Shown here: piece after piece, positions 12,755 to 22,900 of the stretch | How positions within the stretch are numbered: position 1 is the first letter of the stretch | Layout of the letters: each line of letters opens with the position of its first letter | Assembly (NCBI GenBank): GCA_002269645.1 | Contig: NIVC01004902.1 | Location: forward strand, 1-31,901 | Source of the DNA: Macrostomum lignano | Lineage: Eukaryota | Length of the DNA: 31,901 nucleotides | Direction: 5' to 3' | Position numbers and translations under genes: made by a program | The notes under the pieces: model-generated | What the model was told of the DNA's origin: nothing | The model's input: only the letters and a program-made list of their open reading frames with translations | Database searches by the model: none

Positions 12755-12825
12755 AGTGGAATATGCCGCTGCAAATCAAGAGAAAGTGGAAGAGAGAGAG
12801 AGAGAGAGGGAGAGAGAGAGAGAAA
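12707..12825. repeat. (CTG)n and (GA)n microsatellites just upstream of the troponin T ATG (5' UTR or promoter region)
   Basis: Directly visible at about 12707-12753 and 12788-12825. Confidence 0.93.
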
Positions 12826-13997
12826 CGAGGGTCGGTCAGCGCCGATCAGCGCGCCACCCAATTCATAAACCTTCGCCATCCCCCCTGCCGCCATCCCGGA
12901 TGCATCGGCTTCCCCCCCCCCCGCCTTCATCCGCCGGAATTTCAGCCCGCCCTGCTGGCTCAGCTTTGCTGCCACCGACCGGCGGCCCCCTCTCTCTCTG
13001 CCCCAGTTTAGAATTGCGGTAAACACACACACGCAAGCAGACACACACTCGGCAGCCGCCAGAGCCACGTCAGCCATAACAGGGCGGAGGAGGTGCCGAG
13101 GCCTCCAAGCCCTCCTCTCGTAGAAATCGATTCGAAGGATCTTATCCCCCGTTCCACCCAACACGCCTTCCTTCTCTTTTCCAACTTTTTCTTATCGATT
13201 TTTGCCCCACCTCACCGCCCTCACCTGGCTGGCGTCGGCCTGCGGGAGCCGCCACCTTGCCTGCTACTGGGGTGCATCCATACACACACAGATAGGGGAG
13301 GAGGTAGAGGATAGAATCCGCCTGCCTGACATTCCTGAGAGGCAAACAGAGGCGATGGAAGCGAATAAGATGGAAAACTAAATTGAATAAGCGGAATGGG
13401 AGAAGAATTTGCACTCAGAATTCAAGCATCGCCATCGATTGGGGATGCTCAGATCAGCGCCTTCTGCCTTCTCAGCATCATCCACGCTTGATCAGTTCAG
13501 CAGCTTCTTGCACATGAGCTTGTTTTGTTTGAACTTGTTATAGTTAGTGCCACCTGTTATTCTAAAGTTAGTACTACAAATTACTACTCGCCTAACGATG
13601 CCAGAAGAGTAGTATGTAGCGAATGCATAGAAAAATGGATCTCCAAGGAAATAAGTCCCGATGTCCCCAGTCAGGCACACGAACCCAGCGGATTTGGCTG
13701 ATGCGTGTTTGCCGTACCAGAGGGAGCTCTGGCATTTTTAATGCGACCGTAAATGCCAACTCCTCGCCGCAAAAGCAAGCAGAAAATGATACAATAACTT
13801 CTTTAAAACTTTCAAAATCCGCAGATTGGGAGTCACCCTCTTGCCGTTTTACGCATGCCGAGGCGGTGCCTCCAACTTCGAACAAGATGAAGTTTTAAAT
13901 ATCTGTCTTTCAGTCGTTTCTGCCTTCCCTCCTCTCATTATCGGGTGTATCAAAATTTTGTTTGCAAATTCGGGATGCAGAAGGCGGTTCTGCTGGG

Positions 13998-14004
13998 TAT
14001 AAAT
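13998..14004 (+). promoter_or_regulatory. TATA box of the secreted Cys-rich gene
   Basis: TATAAAT in a GC-rich context, about 80 nt upstream of the signal-peptide ATG at 14081. Confidence 0.6.
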
Positions 14005-14080
14005 TGCGCCCCGGGGACGGTTCGATCCCCACAGCTGGAAAATACTGAGACACTGCTGCCATAGAAAGGCTCAACTCAGA

Positions 14081-15671
14081 ATGCTGCCTGTGCTTCTGCC
14101 GCTGCTGCTGCTTGCTGCCGTCTCGGGAGGCACCGCTCAATGTGAGAAGCGATTGTATTCTTATTTGACGTGTGCATGCTCACTTCTCAGTTAAAACACT
14201 TTTTGGATCATCAACCGATAGCAATGCTCACCCATCAGCATGCTGCAGCTCTGACCATCAGATAGCAATGCTCACCCATCAGCATGCTGCAGCTCTGACC
14301 ATCAGATAGCAATGCTCACCCATCAGCATGCTGCAGCTCTCACCATCAGATGGCAATACTCACCCATCAGCATGCTGCAGCTGTGACCATCAGATAGCAA
14401 TGCTCACCCATCATCATGCTGCAGCTCCGACCATCAGATAGCAATGCTCACCCATCAGCATGCTGCAGCTCTGACCATCAGATAGCAATGCTCACCCATC
14501 AGCATGCTGCAGCTCTTACCATCAGATGGCAATGCTCACCCATCAGCATGCTGCAGCTGTGACCATCAGATAGCAATGCTCACCCATCAGCATGCTGCAG
14601 CTCTCACTATCAGATAGCAATGCTCACCCATCAGCATGCTGCAGCTCTGAGCATCAGATGGCAATGCTCACCCATCAGCATGCTGCAGCTGGGACCATCA
14701 GATAGCAATGCTCACCCATCAGTATGCTGCAGCTCTGAGCATCAGATGGCAATGCTCGCTCTCACACACCGCTCCCTACCCCGCCCCGGACGCAGCCATA
14801 GACGATGGGTTTACGCAGGACTGCGGCCAGTCCTCGGTGCTGCTGGACCGCTATCCGCCGTTCAGCGATGCCGAAGCGAAGTACCAACGCCTGATGCAGC
14901 CATTCATCGCCGCCGATGCAAGTCGTCGCCAATGTCCGGGCAGTACCGTGTGCGCCCAGAAGCTGGTCTCCGTCCAGGATGTCGAAGCCACGTACAGCGA
15001 GGAGTGCTGGGAGCTCAATCGTATTGTGGAATACACGGAAGTGTCATGCTATGCAGATTTTTGCAATACAAATATCACCTTCGGCCAGGTTCCAAGTCTG
15101 ACACGGAAATACTTCCAGGCCAGCAGGAACATTCCGGTGAAGTGCTACAACCACGGACAGCTGTCCAGCATGACTACTTATCGCCAGATTTTGACACCCT
15201 TTGACTTCCAGTAAGTGCTGCAGAAGGATTTAATCAACCTATAGAGCAGGATGCAGCCAAGGCCTCAAGAGTTAGTTATGGGGCCACTGTCTATAAATAT
15301 CGTTGAAAGCATGATAATGCCGAGCAAGATGAACTTTAGTGAGAACCCCATCTACGAGCTACCGTATTGAGTTTGGTTGAGAAGGGGGAGGGCGCTACCG
15401 CTTCAAGAAGACCTTTAAAAAGCAGAGCCCTGCCAAAAAACCCTGCCCAATCCGCAGCTACCGTTACGCTTACTCGATACCTGTGAGCCACTGGAGCCGC
15501 GGCATGTGCGGGGCCGCGATCTACGCCTCATCGAGGCGGGCCTACCTGGTTCACGAGCGAGTGCTGACAGGCGATCGGGAGCAGAAGTTTGCCATCTTGC
15601 GTATTTGTCCCCGCAGCGGCTGCAACCGGCAGATCGTGAAAGACTACCTGCGGAACGGCTACGCCAGCTGA
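14081..15671 (+). CDS. Secreted 229-aa cysteine-rich protein with two Ly6/uPAR (three-finger)-like modules
   Basis: Exons 14081-14141, 14796-15210 and 15458-15671 join in phase (690 nt; donors GTGAGA and GTAAGT, acceptors CGCAG). The N-terminus MLPVLLPLLLLAAVSGGTAQ is signal-peptide-like. There are 10 Cys. Module 1 ends ...ECW...SCYADFCN and module 2 ends ...ICPRSGCN. There is no hydrophobic GPI tail. Confidence 0.82.
14218..14758. repeat. 44-bp minisatellite (GCAATGCTCACCCATCAGCATGCTGCAGCTCTGACCATCAGATA)n filling intron 1 of the secreted gene
   Basis: 44-bp period, about 12 copies. Confidence 0.95.
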
Positions 15672-15915
15672 GTAGTCAGTTAATTACCTGAGGCGATGGC
15701 AACTCCCACTGCACCGTGGGTGGAGAAACAATTGGAATTAAGCAGCAGTGGAACATTCAATCCGACCTCTCAATAGTCCTGTAGGCAGTCATTGAGAATT
15801 TTTCTCAACACACTCTACTATTTCAAGTAGCGAGTGCAACATTTTAATGATTATTGATAAGTCTCCGGATAGAATTTTCACTGACTTAGTGCGTGATTTT
15901 TTCATCGATTTATTC

Positions 15916-16347
15916 CACAGATACTAAAATAACTAGATAGGCCACTTAGTAAAACGGCTTTCTACTTTCAGTTCAGTAGCAAAGGAGAATATATAAGCTA
16001 TTTTATAAAAATAAAGGCAGCTAAAATGACTTTGATAAGTTTAGAAGCCCCAAGCTTGCAGGCGTAAACAATTCGTTAATTGGCTCAGCAATAATGTACA
16101 TTGGCCAGTCCACTGAAATGTACATGGCAGCTTTAGGCTGGAATTCCGAGAAAGGCAATAAAAATGGGGTGCGTGGAGGGCAGTGTGGAAAGGCGCGGTT
16201 GGAGGGTTTAAGCTGTGGGGTAAGAGCCAATAAATGAGCCTTGGCTTTAAAAATACATTAAAATGTTTTTGTTTAACTTCTACTGAACTGAAAGTAGCTT
16301 ACCCGCAAATGTGCTGAGTGGCTCATGTAGTTATTCTAGTATTTGTG
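15916..16347. mobile_element. MITE family copy A (~430 bp, CACAGATAC...GTATYTGTG termini)
   Basis: Long imperfect TIRs (CACAGATACTA...TAGAT.GGCCACT...CTACTTTCAGTTCAGTAG and its reverse complement). The interior is homologous to the copies at 18066, 27209, 29314 and about 30465; orientation is opposite to copies B-D. Confidence 0.85.
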
Positions 16348-16537
16348 ATCCTTTATTCTAAAATATTTTACTTGTACCGGCCTGCATGCTTATATCACTA
16401 CTAACTGTAGTCAGTAGCCGATTTGTTTTCGAAATTTGCTTTAAAGACGGTCATCAGACAGACAGACGGACTCACAAACTGGTTAATAATTTTTTGCGTT
16501 GCTAAAAATAATGACGCGAAATGGCTGGTTAAAAATC

Positions 16538-16543
16538 TTTATT
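16538..16543 (-). terminator. Candidate polyadenylation signal (AATAAA) of the polycystin-like gene
   Basis: TTTATT on the + strand, about 390 nt downstream of the stop at 16928; supported by position only. Confidence 0.35.
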
Positions 16544-16927
16544 GAGTAAAAGTTTTGCTGTGAGAAAATAGGCATTCAAACAGGAAATTTTCATGGTTTT
16601 CTGTCTCTTCTTATAAGGAAAATAGGAAAATTTACCTTGGACTTTAAAGTCGTTAAATTTACGTTTTAATCACTGAATAACTTTCAAATCATTCGAAATT
16701 ACTGGGTAACCAAGGTAAACATTCCGTTGCTAACGCAAAGAATCTCAAGTGAGTAATTAGATTTTTCTAAGCTAATTTTTTTCATCATGCTGGATGCGGC
16801 GGTGAGGGAATCTAATTAGTAACGATTAAGACGGATTATCGTTAAACGTGACAGGCAGGTCAGGGACAAAATTATTTCTGATCCGTTTCTTGTTCATCCG
16901 TGTTTGTATATTCGAGCATCGAGCTGC

Positions 16928-19900
16928 TCACAGCTTCAGGCGGCTCAGGCTGCCGCTGACGTTCAGCGAACTGCCGCCCAGCTGACTCTCGACTTCCCCT
17001 GTCTCCTCGCCTTCATCTTCGCCGTCATTCTCCTCCGACTTCGAGCCGCTGCCTTCCATCGAGCTGAAAAAATTGAAATATTGATTATTAATTAGCATTT
17101 ATCAATAGTCCTGGTGCAGAACTATGCTTGCTGCCAGCAAGAAACGATTGGCTGTAGCCAAACTGAAGGACTTTGGTAGACAGGGAGCCATGAGAACGGG
17201 GGAACAGGGGAACAGGGGAACAGGAGAACAGGGGAACAGAGGAACAGGGGAACAGGGGAACAGGGGAATAGGGGAACAGGGGAACAGGGGAACAGGGGAA
17301 CAGGGGAACAGAGGAACAGGGGAACATGGGGAACAGGGGAACAGATGAACAGGGGAACAGGGGAACAGAGGAACAGGGGAACATGGCAACAGGGGAACAT
17401 CATGGGAAACAGGGGAACAAGGGGACAGGGGAACAGGGGAATAGGAACAGGGGAACAGGGGACAGGGGAACAGGGGAACAGGGGAACAGGGGGACAGGGG
17501 AACAGGGGAATAGGAACAGGGGAACAGGGGACAGGGGAACAGGGGAACAGGGGAACAGGGGGACAGGGGAACAGGGGGACAGATGAACAGGGGAACAGGG
17601 GAACAGGGGAACAGGGGGACAAGGGGACAGGGGAACAGGAGTCAGGGGAACAGTGGATGGATACCCTTGCAACAAGAACCACTTCTTTATCTCTAATGAC
17701 AGCACACCCTGCTGTTGCTGTGTTAAAGCAAAGTGAATCAAAATCGAGCAGTTGCAGAATGGCTCACCTGCAGCCGAACAGCTGCCTGACCCGTTTGGTC
17801 ATGAATTCAACCAGCTCGTATTCGTTGCCCTGCAGGCTGGCATTGGCCTTGACCACGGCGAACGAGTCGTTGATGATGGTGAGGAAGATGCCCAGCAGGC
17901 CGAATGTCACCAGGCAGATGAAGGAGAAGAAAAACAGTGGGCCGAGTAGAGAGCTCACGGCGACCAGGTCCTGCGGTGTGGCGGTGAAATGCTTAGCAAC
18001 TAAATAAGCAATTTCAGGTGGATATTTGGTACAGATGCAGTTTGAAACTAAGTACACCCCGTACCCACAGATACTAAACTAACTTGATGGGCCACTCAGC
18101 ACATTTGCGTGTAAGCTACTTTCAGTTCAGTAGTAAGTTAAACTGAAGCATTTTAATGTATTTTAAAGCCAAGGCTCATTTATTGGCTCTTGACCCCCAG
18201 CTTAAACGCTCCAACCGCGCCTTTCCTTAGTACCCCTCCCTGCGCACCCCAATTTTATTGCCTTTATCAGAATTCCAGCCTAAAGCTTCCATGTACATTT
18301 CAGTTAACTGGCTAATGTACATTATTGCTGAACCAATTAGCAAGCTGTTTACGGCTGCAAGCTTGGGCTTCTAAACTTATCAGTCATTTCAGCTGCCTTA
18401 ATTTTTATAAAATAGCTTATTTATTCTTCTTTGCTACTGAACTGAAAGTAGAAAGCTGTTTTACTAAGTATATACGCCTGAGTGGCCCATCTAGTCATTC
18501 TAGTATCTGTGGCTGTACCTTGCAATCTAGCATGCAACTGAAGAGTTACGGAGATTCGGACAAATTTAAGAAGATTAGACCAAGTAGACAAAAAGATCAG
18601 AATAGATAGATAGATAGATCATTAGAGTAGAATGCATTACATTCTTGTACAGTTAAGAGTAGACAGCGAAATAGAATAAGTAGACTGGAATTGAATATAC
18701 ATCTTGGATTAGAGTAGAGTAGAGTAGAGTAGAGTAGAGTAGAGTAGAGTAGAATAGACTAGATTAGACCACACTGGAGTAGAGTGGATTATAGTGAATA
18801 TAATAAGACTTGAGTAGAGCCGAGTTAGAGTAGACGAATTAAGGAAGGCTTTAAAATGTACTCAATCTGTAATGCAATACAGCCGACAGTAAAGCAGATC
18901 AGAGCAGAGCTGCCCACCTTGAACTGGAACACTCCCAGAGCCATGGAGAACAGCGCTCCCAGTGTGCCGTAGAAGGAGCGATAGTTCTGCAGCTTAGTGC
19001 CGAAGATCAGGTAGGCAGCGGAGCAGAAGGCCACAAAGTAGATGACGAACATGAACACGAAGGAGCGCAGATCCTTGTAGGCCAGCTTGATGGTGGCGCC
19101 CAGCATGCCCATTCGGCGGTTGAAGCGCAGAATCTTGATGAACTTCACGGTGCTGATGAACACCACGATGCCCACCATGTAGGTGTACAGCTCGTCGTAG
19201 CTGGCCAGCGAGCCGAAGTTCACATAGTCGGAGGACTTGGCGTTGGCCAGCGCCCCCATGGCGATGTTGGCCAAGATCTTCTTGAAGCCGTACATCACCA
19301 CCGCAGTGACGGTGATGCACAGAGTCGCGAACTCCAGGATGTTCCAGAAGCCGGAGAAGTAGGCGCAGCGCTCTCGCTTGATCAGCAGGCCTTCCCTGAT
19401 GCTGAAGTACAGCACGAACAGGGCGAATACGATCTCCATGAACAGCACGATCGCGCCGAAGCTACCAACGTAGGAGAACAGGCGGAACACCTGGCCACAG
19501 GGAGGGGGAACAAAGATATTTGTACGCGAGAATTTTACACTGGTTGAATTGATTCGTAGTGGACTCGCAGCCAGCCAGGAGGCACGCACTCATGCCCATT
19601 CGGCTGACACGCGCTCACACAGGGTGCACAGCGGCCCTGACGTTATAAGCATCATGGTCGAGAATTAAAAAAGCCACAGATTAATTTTCATTCACAAACT
19701 TCAAATTAATTTGGCTGCGCACGAGAATCGAACCATAGACAACTGAAGTAGAAGGAGGCTACAATCGGTTTTCTTAGAAAGGAGCTGGAGGCGGGGCTTA
19801 TACTCGGTTTTTTTAGAAATGAGCTGGAGGCGGAGGCTGTACTCGGTTTTCTTAGAAATGAGCTGGAGGCGGAGGCTGTACTCGGTTTTCTTAGAAATGA

Positions 19901-22900
19901 GCTGGAGGCGGAGGCTGTGCTCGGTTTTCTTAGAAATGAGCAGGAGGCGGAGGCTACACTCGGTTTTCTTAGAAATGAGCTGGAGGCGAGCGCTACTCAG
20001 TTTTCTTAGAAATGAGCTGGAGGCGAGCGCTACTCAGTTTTCTTAGAAATGAGCTGGAGGCGGAGGCTGTACTCGGTTTTCTTAGAAATGAGCTGGAGGC
20101 GAGCGCTACTCAGTTTTCTTAGAAATGAGCTGGAGGCGGAGGCTGTACTCGGTTTTCTTAGAAATGAGCTGGAGGCGAGCGCTACTCAGTTTTCTTAGAA
20201 ATGAGCTGGAGGCGGAGGCTGTACTCGGTTTTCTTAGAAATGAGCTGGAGGCCCGCATAGCAAAATTACGTATCCAATAGAAAGTGGGACGTCTCCGATA
20301 CGCAACTTTTTTGGTTGCAGGAACGTCCTTGATACGTATCCAATTTTTATGATCCTCTAAAGAAGCTACAAGAAGCTACAAAATGGTGGAATAAATAATC
20401 AAAAAAATTACAAGCATTTTCTGTTCACCATTTTTGAAGAAACGAGCTTCTTTAGAGGCTACACTCGGTTTTCTTAGAAATGAGCTGGAGGCGGAGGCTG
20501 TACTCAGTTTTCTTAGAAATGAGCTGGAGGCGGAGGCTGTACTCGGTTTTCTTAGAAATGAGCTGGAGGCGGAGGCTACAATAGGTTTTCTTAGAAATGA
20601 GCTGCTGGCCGGTAAGAGAACACTGAATGGGGTTTTGCCATAGACAAATTCGATCGAAATACACTGTTCCGTAACGGTCTCCAGCTCCAGCGTCGCGTCC
20701 TGCCACTTCAGTTGTCTATGAATCGAACTCTAGAGTAACGCCCTCATAATGTACTTTCTAAGGGAACTTGACATAAAATCTTACCTTCACTTCTGAATAG
20801 GTGAATGCGCTGCCAGTCTGCATGAACTCGGCCACCATGATAACGGAGGCGAACAGGTTGGACGGAGCATTGTACACGGTGAACTCGATAAACACAGCTC
20901 TCGTGCGTGTGTCCAGCCAGTTCTGTTCGTAAATTTCCTCCAGTTTAGTCCGGACCTCCTCCACAGTACGCGGGAAGTTGAACACGTAACCGCCGCCTTT
21001 GTAGGTGTTCACCTGGGCTATGAAGGGCAGGCCTGTCCGACCGATGGGAGTTGGAGGGTGATGAGCTCAAGGTCAGTAACCAATCACTGGACTCGAATGG
21101 AATTTGAGAACCATTGATATTTTTAAAGTCCAAAAATGATAGAATTTTCTATATACTGCTGAGAAACTGCGATTGGGTTATAAGAGACAGGTGAATTCAC
21201 AGAGTTTTACAGACACTGGAAAATTTATCCATAAATCAGCTAAACATAAGAGTGACTCACCCTTCAGCTTAAAGGAGGAGCTGTACACAAAAGGCGTATT
21301 GTAGGTGTCGTTCTTCTTCTGCCAGGCCCACTTGTCCTGCTCCATCGGTTCCCACATCGGTTCGTACGGCGCCGTATCGTCATCCAGCCAGCTGTAGCCG
21401 CCTCGGCAGGACTTGTCAATGATGGCGTCGAACACGGCCGGCGGTCGGCAGGTGTTGTCCTTGATGCGGAACTGGCGCAGGCGGGGCACGCCGACGCGGA
21501 AGATGCCCCGGCTGCCGTCGTTGATGGCCATCTTCTCGCGCCAGGTAGCCACCGTCTGCGGGAGCGACGGCATGCTTGCCTATTTTATCCCGAGAACTCC
21601 GCTGTTGGCCAAACCAAAAACTCTCCTTCCAACTCTCCTGCTAGTAACTGATTGGTTAAACCAAAACTTTCTCTCCCTCTCCTGCAGCTAGTCGCTGATT
21701 GGTTAAACCAAAAACGTTCTTTCTCTCTCCTGTGCTAGACGCTGATTGGCTATTAATTTATCCTTTTCGGTTAAGCTAAAAACCTTTATCTATCCCTTTG
21801 GCAAGGACTCCGACCTTGTTTACGCATAATAGAATCTTTAGCAGAGCCTAATAATATAAGATAATTGATGGCACTGAAGTGACTGAACTCACCCCATCCG
21901 GGAAGTCTCCAGCGTACATTTTAGGCACCAGGGTGTTGTTCAGGTAGTCGTAGAATGCCTGGTAGCTTTGGATGGAATTGTCGAAGCTATTCGTAAAGGT
22001 GTTTCGCATCACGTCGCCCAGTTTGTAGGAATTAATGCTGCGAGTCTGATAAGAGATGAAAAACACAACCAGTACAAAGATTGAATAGGCCAGCATCTCC
22101 TTGATAATGCTTTCCATTTTGATCTCCTTCATGCGAGTTTCGCGAATTTCGGCCAGCTTCTCCTGGTTGGGGACGCACAGGTCCTCGCGGGCGGTCCGGC
22201 GCTGCAGCATGATCTGCTGGATGTCCACCTGTAGAGGGAGCGGCGGACAGTCTTTATTTGACATCTTTGGTCAGTGACAAAACTGTTCTACCGCAACTTA
22301 CTTGACCCTCCCAATCGCTGATTGGCTAACCAATAGCTCTCTCTCCCTCTCCCCTGCAAGTCACTGATTGGCTAAGCAAAAATCTCTCGCCCTCGACCCT
22401 CCTAATCGCTGATTGGCTAAAACAAAAGCTTATTTATAAACAGTCTTATTGAAGATGAGGCCTGCAATTGAAAAATCCAACACGCACCTCTTTCTTCTGC
22501 AGCAGCTCCTCGTCTTGCTTCAGCATGGCGTCATCAAAAGCGTCTTCCTCATCGTCCATATCGGGCCTCTTGATTATCATGGAGATCACGGCAGCCAGTA
22601 GAAGGACCTTCAGCGGCTGGACCACAACGACGTTTTGTAAGAACGACATCAGGAATGTCAGCAGCCAGTCGTTCGATTTGTCTCGGCCCCATTCCATGCT
22701 GGGTGGGGAAGCAGGGGAGAGCACAGTTGCGAGTAGTCAACAGAAGCTGTGCATTATTCAAGCAAAAAACCCTCACCTGTAGAGGATGACAAAGAAGGCC
22801 GAGCCGAACACGCTCAAGAAGACGAGCACCCAGGCGATGTAGATGCACCAGTGCGGGAATAGGAACGGCTTGCTCTTCTTCAGCTCCGGGTCCTCTACCC

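Noticed and set aside
12691-13164. Poly-Leu and poly-Ala ORFs resembling signal peptides
   Set aside because: They are translations of the (CTG)n and (GA)n microsatellites upstream of troponin T.
15212-15214. Stop codon ending the 14708-15214 ORF
   Set aside because: It overlaps a consensus GTAAGT donor whose use joins in phase to a coding-like exon at 15458. An intron-retained short isoform (159 aa) remains possible.
17088-18007. Cys/Pro-rich (PLFPCSPV) and collagen-like (GTGEQGNR) ORFs
   Set aside because: They are translations of the intronic GGGGAACAG minisatellite.
19715-19750. tRNA-like TTCGA motif on the minus strand
   Set aside because: No cloverleaf can be formed; the sequence is explained by the TSD and TIR of the 19734-20720 element.
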